Assembly: GCA_048938105.1 (NCBI GenBank)
Contig: JBHLMN010000011.1
Span: 143,709-207,708 of the forward strand
Direction: 5' to 3'
Length of the DNA stretch: 64,000 nucleotides
Source of the DNA: Promethearchaeota archaeon
GTDB lineage: Archaea; Asgardarchaeota; Heimdallarchaeia; Hodarchaeales; Hodarchaeaceae
The position numbers and the translations under genes are program-made. The notes under the pieces were generated by a model that made no database searches, was not told where the DNA came from, and saw only the letters and a program-made list of their open reading frames with translations. Below are positions 48,841 to 57,043 of the stretch, in pieces (position 1 is the stretch's first letter; every line of letters starts with the position of its first letter).

Positions 48841-49182
48841 ATGGAAAATCAAAATATGGATCAGGACATAAGCTATAAAGAACGGCTATTCTGTGAATTG
48901 ATCCTTCGTCAAAGTGGGGCAGCTCGGTTTTCAAGGATTGCAGCCGATACTTTAGGAAAGATCTTGAAACGAGATTTTAACTTTAAAGAATTCCCTTCTG
49001 TGATTATAAAAAAAGATCCAGAAACAGGAATAAGTTTTGGAAGACTAGAAGATGCCGAGGTTGAAATTGCACAAGTAGCTACAAAGATTGCCAAAAAAGC
49101 TGTTAATTATGCCCAGCAAAAGGGACGAAGAACAGTAAAGGTTTCGGATATTGAAACAGTTGCCTCAGAGGTAAAAAAATAA
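48841..49182 (+). CDS. Archaeal histone-fold protein with a 34-aa insertion
   Basis: ILRQSGAARFSRIAADTLGKIL-[34 aa]-AQVATKIAKKAVNYAQQKGRRTVKVSDI matches the HMf-type GA.R.S..A...L and A...GR.T.K..DI patterns. Confidence 0.82.
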   Translation: MENQNMDQDISYKERLFCELILRQSGAARFSRIAADTLGKILKRDFNFKEFPSVIIKKDPETGISFGRLEDAEVEIAQVATKIAKKAVNYAQQKGRRTVKVSDIETVASEVKK

Positions 49183-49419
49183 TAAATGATGAACTTGAGT
49201 TTTGATCCTAATGAAGATGGAAAGCTTTACTTTCGCTTTATAAATTCTGAATGTCTTCAAACCTTAGTTAATAGACATTATCCGTATCAATATCAGTATT
49301 TCTATAGACTTAACCGACGACTTGTTCCGAAAAGAATCTGATACAGGAATAATTTTTATATCATTGATGTCTTATTATATACTAGCTATTCTAAAGTATT
49401 AAAAATTAATCTATTAAGA

Positions 49420-50727
49420 GTGGATTATGTGAAAGTAGCAATTATCGGATCGGGAATAGGTGGGTGTTCTGCAGCATACTTTTTAAAGGAGCTAATACCT
49501 GAATCTATTGATATTACTATTTTTGAGAGTAATAACAAAATTGGAGGACGTTTACTTAACAGAAAAATAAACCCAGTAGTAGTAGAATTAGGAGGAACTT
49601 TCTTTCATTCAGTGAATTTAAATGTGCAATATCTTGTAGAAAAGCTTTCCTTAGAGAAAGAAGAGTTCATTTTACCTAAAATAGGGGTCTGGAATGGATC
49701 AAAATTCATCTATAAATCTAGTTCCACGACTCTAGTAACTAATCTCAAATTATTACTTCGGTATCGAAGAAGTGCGCTAAATTTATTGAGTTTATTAAAG
49801 AGAGCAAAGCAAGAAATATTAAGTGTTTATGCAAATGATAGATTAGACAAGCATTATAAAACGTGTGAGGAATTATTTGGATCCCCTTTCCTTCTAGATT
49901 GTACCAGAAAAACCTTGGAAGAAGTTCTCAATGAAAATGGAATATCTTCAAAACTAATTAAAGAAATAATAGAACCAGGTACTAGGTATATTTATCATCA
50001 AGACATCGACATTGATGGTTTTGCAGGGATTACGACGATAATAGCTTCTGACGGTTCTCCGATTTATAAAATAAAAAATGGAAATGTTCAACTTAATAAA
50101 GCTCTTCTAAAATCAGCAAATGCTAATGTTAAATTAAATCAAAGAATTGTTAAAATAAATAGAATCGAAAATAAAGCTTTCTTATTAACAACACAACAAG
50201 GGGACTCAGAAGAATATGATGCGGTTATTATAGCAGCACCCTTAGAACAAGCAGATATAGAATTTGAGAATTTAGCTATACCTGATTTAGAGAAAAGAGA
50301 ATTTCGTAAAATCTATATAAAGCTCATTGAAGGCCAATTAAATCCAGAGTATTTTGGAATGACTAATGTTTTAGAGATACCTGAATTGTTACTCACTACT
50401 GCTGATTTTACAGGCCCTTTCGATAATCTTGAAACTTTAGGGAAGTCTAAAGCAGGAAACTTTGTGTATAATCTCTTCTCTCCTCGTCCTATCCCAGAGG
50501 ATTTAGTCGAAAAAATGTTTAGAGAATGTGTAATTGAAGAAGATTTCCACTGGAAATATGCCCATCCAATACCCAAACCAGCTACCCAGAATTTTCAACC
50601 GTTTTTGTTAGAGACTCGGCTTTTTTATATCAATACTGTGGAGTCCGTAGCTTCAACAATGGAGACAATGACTGTAGCTGCCAAAAATGCTGTTTTATTA
50701 TTAAAGAAAGAGTTGGAAAAAGAATAA
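49420..50727 (+). CDS. Prenylcysteine oxidase/lyase (PCYOX1-like) FAD-dependent enzyme
   Basis: KVAIIGSGIGGCSAAYFL, ELGGTFFHSVNLN, IGVWNG, KLLLRY, YDAVIIAAPL, FYINTVESVASTMETMTVAAKNAVLL. Confidence 0.85.
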   Translation: MDYVKVAIIGSGIGGCSAAYFLKELIPESIDITIFESNNKIGGRLLNRKINPVVVELGGTFFHSVNLNVQYLVEKLSLEKEEFILPKIGVWNGSKFIYKSSSTTLVTNLKLLLRYRRSALNLLSLLKRAKQEILSVYANDRLDKHYKTCEELFGSPFLLDCTRKTLEEVLNENGISSKLIKEIIEPGTRYIYHQDIDIDGFAGITTIIASDGSPIYKIKNGNVQLNKALLKSANANVKLNQRIVKINRIENKAFLLTTQQGDSEEYDAVIIAAPLEQADIEFENLAIPDLEKREFRKIYIKLIEGQLNPEYFGMTNVLEIPELLLTTADFTGPFDNLETLGKSKAGNFVYNLFSPRPIPEDLVEKMFRECVIEEDFHWKYAHPIPKPATQNFQPFLLETRLFYINTVESVASTMETMTVAAKNAVLLLKKELEKE

Positions 50728-51184
50728 CATTGAGGGTGATCTTCTTGGAAAATTGTTTTCATCCTTATATGTGGTTTAATGATTTAATAAGGATTTTTTT
50801 CTTGATATTTAGAAAATATTAAAGGACCTGTTGTTTCTCAGGAAATTGTGTTATTAGAAACAGTTTCATAATGTAATATATCTAAATAGCAATCGCATTT
50901 TCTTATATAACAGATGTGCAATAACCAACGTTTCTTCAGAACTGTTCTTTTACTTTTATTGAAAGAATCATTACTTTTCCTATAATGAAAATCATCTTGA
51001 CAAAATGATATGTCAAAATTAATTTTTAGGTTGTTTGACTAGTACTCTTTTCTAACAACGTTTTTTTTATAAATCAGCATTAATTAATTTGCGTTTTCTA
51101 TATGTGTTTGAATTCCGACTTGGCTAGTATGTAGCCCTGCTAATATATAATCTCAATGCATACTCACTAAAGTGGTGTCATAAA

Positions 51185-51496
51185 GTGACAATTTTTAGCC
51201 GTATCTTCGGGAGATTCTTTAAGTTACAACCTACTGAAACTCATGATGTAGCTGTCGAGCGCGACATCGAGGTACCGATGCCAGACGGTGTTGTTCTACT
51301 AGCTGATTTCTATTATCCCCGTAAGGGAGGTAAACGCCCGATCATACTCGTTCGATCACCTTACGGTAGAACAAGTTTTTTTGGTCTCTTTTATGGTCGA
51401 CTCCTCGCAAAACGCGGCTTTCAAGTGCTGACGGATAATCAGGTAGAACTCAGTATTATAGCTACATGTATCAAAATATTGGTTGGTCAAGAATAG
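51185..51496 (+). pseudogene. Truncated CocE/NonD-family hydrolase (N-terminal fragment only)
   Basis: VPMPDGVVLLADFYYP...ILVRSPYGR...LAKRGFQVL, after which similarity ends before the catalytic serine; locally higher GC. Confidence 0.85.
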
Positions 51497-51613
51497 TCGC
51501 TCATGAAGAATGTTGGTAATTCATAAGTTTTCGGAAGAAAACAAATGAGTTGAAATAACTCAAATTGATTAAGGTTATCCGTTATCAGAAATTTTACAGC
51601 ATGTCAGTATAAT

Positions 51614-52966
51614 CTATGTTAAAGATCCTTGACTTTTTCTGAGTGGATCGGCATTGACAAAGAAGTAGAATAATACCGCTGCTATAAAGATAAATATGCC
51701 ACATATAGGACCCCAGAGGATTAATCCAATAGTATATTCTTGCCCTGCAACTAGAGGAAGAATCTCTTTATCGACTAAAATGCCTGTGAGAACCACGGCT
51801 CCTGCCTGAAAAATATTTAATGGCAAGCCAAAAAAGCCAGTATAATGACCTGCACGGGCTTCACTGGTATCTCTTTCATCTTTTTCAATAATATCAGCCA
51901 TAATCGCGTAAGGTAATATGAAATAACCTGACATTCCGACTGCAAGAAGTAGAGCAAAAATTATTCCCTGAATTAATAGTGGTAATGGTATAATGCCTTG
52001 TCCTACAACCAGAGTCGTTGGTAACACTAATGCAAGATAAAATTGAGACACAAGGTATGTTTTAGTTTTTGAATAACGATTTGAGAAGTATCCCCAAAAA
52101 ATAAACAGTACAATAATAGTTCCAAACAAACTTATTCCAAAAATAATGTACTCTGTTACATTGAGTTGTAGTACATCATCAATATAAACCAAAACTATTG
52201 TTGCAAGTGAAGTAAGCCCTATGGTATGGATACCATTCACCAAAATCCATGAAACATAGTTTCTATTAGATAATATAATTTTAAGCTCTCTTAAAGGATT
52301 TGGAGGAGGGATATTTTTTCGGGCGGGATCTGGAACCAAGAAAATACTTGGTAGATAGAACAATAATTCAAGACCTGCAATGATCAATACACAAATTAAA
52401 AGGATGATTCCTGCGGAGCCTAGGATGTCCGCTGTTTCAGGATCACCAATTAATGAGGGTAAGAGAAATCCAAGCCCAGTTCCAACAAGGTTTCCAATGA
52501 AATTTGCAGTATTTTGATAACCGGAAACTTCAATTCTTTCGGATTCAGGAACTACTTCAGGCATCCAAGCTTGAAAAGGTGTTGTTAAAAGGGCATAAGA
52601 AGCCTGAAAACCAGATCCAAAAATCGCCAGATAAAGAAATACAAGGAATTCATTACCTAAAGGGACAAATAATTGTGGGGAGAACTGCATTATAAAAAAG
52701 AATGCCAAGATAGGAGTAAAGAATATCACCCAAATTCTTCGCCTGCCAAATCGATTGTTTGGGGTAATATCACTTAAATAACCACTTAACCAAGAAGCAA
52801 TAGCTATTGAAAGTTTTCCCATTCCTCCTGCCAAACCAGTATAAAATCCTGACAATGCGAAGTACTTAATATAAACATATAATGTAAAAAGAGACACTAA
52901 ATTCAACATTACACTACTGCCAAAACGTCCCATCCCATAATAGATTTTTTGTCTTTGATTCAGCAA
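51614..52966 (-). CDS. MFS transporter, GPH (melibiose/glucuronide:cation symporter) family
   Basis: GYLSD..NRFGRRRIW, PFQAWMPE, MADIIEKDE..TSEARAGHYTG; about 12 TM. Confidence 0.92.
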   Translation of the reverse strand: MLNQRQKIYYGMGRFGSSVMLNLVSLFTLYVYIKYFALSGFYTGLAGGMGKLSIAIASWLSGYLSDITPNNRFGRRRIWVIFFTPILAFFFIMQFSPQLFVPLGNEFLVFLYLAIFGSGFQASYALLTTPFQAWMPEVVPESERIEVSGYQNTANFIGNLVGTGLGFLLPSLIGDPETADILGSAGIILLICVLIIAGLELLFYLPSIFLVPDPARKNIPPPNPLRELKIILSNRNYVSWILVNGIHTIGLTSLATIVLVYIDDVLQLNVTEYIIFGISLFGTIIVLFIFWGYFSNRYSKTKTYLVSQFYLALVLPTTLVVGQGIIPLPLLIQGIIFALLLAVGMSGYFILPYAIMADIIEKDERDTSEARAGHYTGFFGLPLNIFQAGAVVLTGILVDKEILPLVAGQEYTIGLILWGPICGIFIFIAAVLFYFFVNADPLRKSQGSLT

Positions 52967-53107
52967 TTTAAAGCTTCCTAAAATGAGTAGAGGAGTGAAA
53001 TTAATCTGAAAGTCTTAAACTTTTTGTCAATGGCCATTAATTTTAGAACTAATATTTTTATAAAATCAGATTTAATCAGTTTATAACAGACATCTTATCC
53101 TTTGTTG

Positions 53108-53188
53108 TCCTGAAAATTATTTGAAATACCTAATTTCTCTTTTTAAATTAAAAATGGAATGAAATCCTTAATTCTTTTCATATAGTGG
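53108..53188. repeat. Dispersed repeat B, copy 1
   Basis: TCCTGAAAAT...AATACC...TTAAAAATGGAATGAA..CTTA.TTCTTTTCATATA.TGG shared with about 56441-56511. Confidence 0.8.
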
Positions 53189-53189
53189 T

Positions 53190-53329
53190 CCAGAACTGAC
53201 TAGTAATAGACCAATCACCCAAGAAAAGATGATTTTTCGATTATATATTCTATCCCACATCATTAATCAATCACTTGGTAGAAAAAACAACGATAAAAAG
53301 GATCATTGAGAGTTAAGAAATGTTCGCTG
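53190..53329. repeat. Dispersed repeat A, copy 2 (orphan promoter and signal-peptide stub)
   Basis: Diverged copy of 44728-44866; the minus strand reads MMWDRIYNRKIIFSWVIGLLLVSSG, then similarity stops. Confidence 0.85.
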
Positions 53330-53634
53330 ATTGAAATAATGAATCCTTAAAATATTGTAATCCTATAGAATGGCAGGATTATCCATCTCCATCTCTAACC
53401 AGTCAAAATTCAGAATATAATAGAGAAAAGGAACCAGAAGGGTGAGTAATAAGCCAATTGCTGCTTGACCTAGATATATACTCAAAATGGGAAATGGAGT
53501 CAGGGATTAGAAAAACTCAGCTTTAATAAAGTTAAAACCAAGTAAAAGTAATAAATTTCTAAAAGAAAAATACACTTGATTTCCTAATTCAACTCAGTAA
53601 TGTATGAAATTCAATAAAGGATGAACGATCGATT

Positions 53635-53910
53635 ATGGGTATTCAAGAAATAGAAGAGTTGATCGAGCAGGCGAACTATAAGCAGGCTTTAGAAAAAATA
53701 GCTGAATTACCCCAAGAGGAGAAGCTTGATGGAATAATCCTGAAATGTCAGATCTAAACACGCCAGGGAGAGCTAAACGAAGGATTAAAAGTAGGAAAGG
53801 AAGCAGTCCAAGAAAGTCAACAGAAAGGGACAGAGATTCAGAAATTAAACGCCCTGATCTGTCTGAATAAGGGAAGACTTCCCTCCTCACTACAATCACC
53901 TTTTACTTGA
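53635..53910 (+). pseudogene. TPR-like protein N-terminal remnant with an in-frame stop
   Basis: MGIQEIEELIEQANYKQALEKI...ILKCQI*(TAA 53755-53757)TRQGELNEGLKVGKEAVQESQ...LNALICL, truncated where the structured element begins. Confidence 0.65.
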
Positions 53911-54140
53911 GACGATTACTTAGAGTAGAGCTGTTCGACTTCGGGTTGGTTCATTCACATCGTGAACCCTAAGAGATCCGTGAGAAACAGTCTGCGGTAC
54001 CGATGATGGTACGGCTAGAACAATTCAGCTGACCGTCGGCTTTAGATCTCTGTGTGCTTTCTATGAAAATTATACCAATTCCGCTCCGTTAGTTTCCACG
54101 ATTCATCTACCGATCATAGACCGATGGTTTTCTCACGGAC
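53869..54140 (-). ncRNA. Unidentified GC-rich structured RNA-like or non-autonomous element, long copy
   Basis: Several hairpins, an 11-bp long-range inverted repeat (53977-53987 / 54129-54139), G-U pairs favouring the minus strand, and a partial second copy at 60937-61021. Confidence 0.55.
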
Positions 54141-55082
54141 TACTATAAATTTCGATTGCAAATTTAAGATGAAATAGATACCAATTATCCAAAAAGAATA
54201 AGGGATTATAACTATTAATCCTGTCTCGATTCCCCATGAATTACCAATTAACCATATCGGGCCATTTAGAGTTGTTTGCGCACCAAAAATACTGTCAGAC
54301 ACCCATCCAGAAAGATTGTATAATTCTGTTGCGAAGAGATCATGTGCAAAATGTAAGCAAATTGGATAAATCAATGACTGAGTTTTTAAATATGCATACG
54401 CTAAGATTACGCCGGGAAATAACAGCATTATAAATAAGATCACTAAATTCACCCCTTCAGCTTCATTTGACAATAGATGTACCGCTGAAAAAAGGATTGC
54501 ACTCACAATAATTGCATATTTTTCATTAACAGCTTCCGAAATTTTAGTAACTAAGAAACCACGAAAAGTTAATTCTTCAAAGAATGCAACAAATAAATTA
54601 AGAGCGAGAGCAATAAAAATAAGGCTTGATAGAGATAAGAAATCAGTATTATTCCATTTCCAAGTCTCTACTACAAGAAAATTCATATTAGTTTCGATCA
54701 AAAACACGCTACTTAATCCCACAAAAGAAACACCAACACCAACAAAAACTAGTATGGGAATCTCTTTTTTCTTATAGAGATGAAAATATTCTCTCAAATG
54801 CTTATTCACAATTAATTTAATTGCTAAAAACCAAAACAAAAGCGAAAATATGGCAATAAATCCTCGTGTAAAAATCGGGTAGAAATAATATTCTAAAAGC
54901 AGGTTATTTATTATTTGTTCAAGTAATCTTCTTGTAAAAGAAGCAATTACACCAATTATCGCCTGTAACAAAAAATAGGTCATAAATAACAACAAAAAAA
55001 TGCCACAAATTACAAATGAACCCCTTAACGATTCAGATTTATACTCACGAATCCATATAACAACATTTTGCAGCTTACTCAT
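54114..55082 (-). CDS. CPBP (Abi / type II CAAX protease) intramembrane metalloprotease
   Basis: EELTFRG, FSAVH, SL..PICLHFAHD, GNSWGIETG. Confidence 0.92.
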   Translation of the reverse strand: MSKLQNVVIWIREYKSESLRGSFVICGIFLLLFMTYFLLQAIIGVIASFTRRLLEQIINNLLLEYYFYPIFTRGFIAIFSLLFWFLAIKLIVNKHLREYFHLYKKKEIPILVFVGVGVSFVGLSSVFLIETNMNFLVVETWKWNNTDFLSLSSLIFIALALNLFVAFFEELTFRGFLVTKISEAVNEKYAIIVSAILFSAVHLLSNEAEGVNLVILFIMLLFPGVILAYAYLKTQSLIYPICLHFAHDLFATELYNLSGWVSDSIFGAQTTLNGPIWLIGNSWGIETGLIVIIPYSFWIIGIYFILNLQSKFIVVREKTIGL

Positions 55083-55519
55083 GAGATTTCAAATGATTTT
55101 CTTACTGATAAGGAGATAAATACTTTCGCTTTCATAAAAAGAAAGAAAATCAATATTGTTTGAATTCTTTAAATCCTTCCAATCTGTTGGTTTCTATGGT
55201 TTCTTATTATTCGGAATCATATATCCCTCGGTTGTGGTACTAATTCTTCGCTCTATGACTCTAATAATTGATGAATACATTACAATCCTGCTAGTCCTCG
55301 CAGTCTCATCGAAAACTAGATCATGAACACCACAAAATCATTGGTCAACACTTCTCGGAGATGCTCCAGGAAATTATTATAATCATGTTTGGACTTTAGA
55401 TCAAACACAATCAGCTAATGATGGTAAAATTACAGAAAACTTCAACATTTTCCTCTTTTTACTTGACATTATTATAATAACAATTTAAGGAAAAAAAAGT
55501 AGAAAAAAGAACTGATCAT

Positions 55520-56344
55520 TTATTCTTCTTCAGGTTCCATTATTTTCTTTTTGATTTTTTCCAATATCTCTTTGAGTTCATCCTTATTGAGTTCACCCGA
55601 TTCTCCTATCTTTTGAACGATTGTATCCACTTCTGTTTTAGCTGATGTTAGCACATTCAATCGATTCTGTGTCTTTTTTATCCGCTTTTTTAGAGAGGAC
55701 CTGTATCCCTGGAAGTAGTCCAAAGCATCCTCCTTGGATTGAAAGTCATCGATCTCTGCAACCATCTTTCGATACAATCTTGGCCGAGCGAATGGATGAC
55801 CATATTTTTCTGGGGGAGCTAACTCCGAAAAGAAGGCAAATTTGGTTGCCCATTTTTCTTTTAATTCATCTAGATGCTCTTTTCCCTTCAGGGTTATGAG
55901 ATATTTCTTCTGTGCTCTACCGTCAATGACTGATTCAGCTGTTTCAACGAAATTTTTTTCTTCTAATTTTCTTAAAATACGAATGACATTACTTCTGGGG
56001 ATTCTGTATTTTTCTTGAATTTGATACCCTGTTATACCCTCTGTATGATCAGCTAACATTGTTAAGATGAAGAAGTTCTTTAGATCTCTAAAAGCACTTC
56101 GACTTAAGGGGAAGGAAGGTATAAATGGTCCATGGTGACCAGAAAAGTCGAAAAATGGCGGTCTATGACGCCTCCTAGATCTAAATGGCGGTGGAGGGGG
56201 TGAATCATGGTACTTTCCCATCATAAATGGAAAATTATATCTAAAGAACCCTTTTGGGAAGTGAAAATAGTCTTCACTTGAAGGAGAAGGATGAAACTCA
56301 TCATTTGGTATTATATCTTCGTTATTATTCAATTTCAACACCAA
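55520..56344 (-). CDS. PadR-family transcriptional regulator with a Pro/Phe/His-rich N-terminus and coiled-coil C-terminus
   Basis: FILTML...GITGYQI...VIRILRKLEEKNFV...GRAQKKYLITLKGKEHL. Confidence 0.85.
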   Translation of the reverse strand: MVLKLNNNEDIIPNDEFHPSPSSEDYFHFPKGFFRYNFPFMMGKYHDSPPPPPFRSRRRHRPPFFDFSGHHGPFIPSFPLSRSAFRDLKNFFILTMLADHTEGITGYQIQEKYRIPRSNVIRILRKLEEKNFVETAESVIDGRAQKKYLITLKGKEHLDELKEKWATKFAFFSELAPPEKYGHPFARPRLYRKMVAEIDDFQSKEDALDYFQGYRSSLKKRIKKTQNRLNVLTSAKTEVDTIVQKIGESGELNKDELKEILEKIKKKIMEPEEE

Positions 56345-56371
56345 TTAGAGATAGGAAATACTACTTTTTAA

Positions 56372-56411
56372 ATGTGTCCATACTGAACATATGTAAAGTC
56401 ATAACATATGT
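56372..56411. promoter_or_regulatory. Candidate PadR operator (tandem ATGT-Nx-ACAT)
   Basis: ATGT-N11-ACAT (56372-56390) abuts ATGT-N9-ACAT (56391-56407); AACATATGT is repeated at 56386 and 56403, just upstream of the padR-like gene. Confidence 0.5.
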
Positions 56412-56440
56412 CTAAATTCTAATCATCTTAATATTTGCTA

Positions 56441-56511
56441 TCCTGAAAATACCCTACTTTCTATTTTTAGTTAAAAATGGAATGAAGCGCTTAGTTCTTT
56501 TCATATAATGG
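56441..56511. repeat. Dispersed repeat B, copy 2
   Basis: Similar to 53108-53188, same orientation. Confidence 0.8.
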
Positions 56512-57043
56512 ATATATTCTTCCCCAAATTTGTTAATCATTACTTCCTCTTCTTTTTTACCTATGTTCCGCATTGGTATTCAAACATCAGAACCTCTGAG
56601 AGAATCACATGCCGCAGCATATGCTTTAGGTGTATTATTTTCTTATAAAAAAGCGTAAAAATCATACTTCATGCAAATTGCCATAGAAAAGTAAGAAAGG
56701 AAGTGAATGACAGAAGAAGAGAAGAAAAAGTATCTTGTTCACAGGTTGTATCTAGGAGAAATTTTTCAAGCTTGTTAATCTTAGCTTTCAAAAATGAGAT
56801 CTTTCTTTCATGAATAAGAAACCAGTTAATCAGGATAAGAGAATCATCAAATTAAGAGCCAACAGATAGTTAGAATTGATTTGGAAAAAAGTAAGCACGA
56901 AAATCCCAAAGATTGCGATTCCACAAACGATAAGAGGTACTTGGATCAGGAGGAGGAATCGTTTAAAGCTGGTAAAACTATAACAAATAATATCAATTTA
57001 AGATATTTCTTCTTCAAAGTACGAACTAAAGATGTGAAAAAGA

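Noticed and set aside
50922-51520. Possible MITE bounded by TAACCAACGTTTCTT and AAGAATGTTGGTAA around the CocE stub
   Set aside because: The inverted match is imperfect and I see no target-site duplication; kept only as part of the motif finding.
53755-53757. In-frame stop as possible recoding (Sec/Pyl)
   Set aside because: The codon is TAA and the gene is truncated shortly afterwards, so a pseudogene is more parsimonious.
53633-53899. 88-aa - strand ORF
   Set aside because: Antisense shadow of the TPR-like remnant on the + strand.
54030-54052. GAGATCTAAAGCCGACGGT (minus strand) resembling part of an FMN riboswitch
   Set aside because: The other conserved FMN blocks (GGGGTGAAATTCCC, AGTCnGGATGGGAG) are absent and the position is 3' of a gene; treated as part of the unidentified element.
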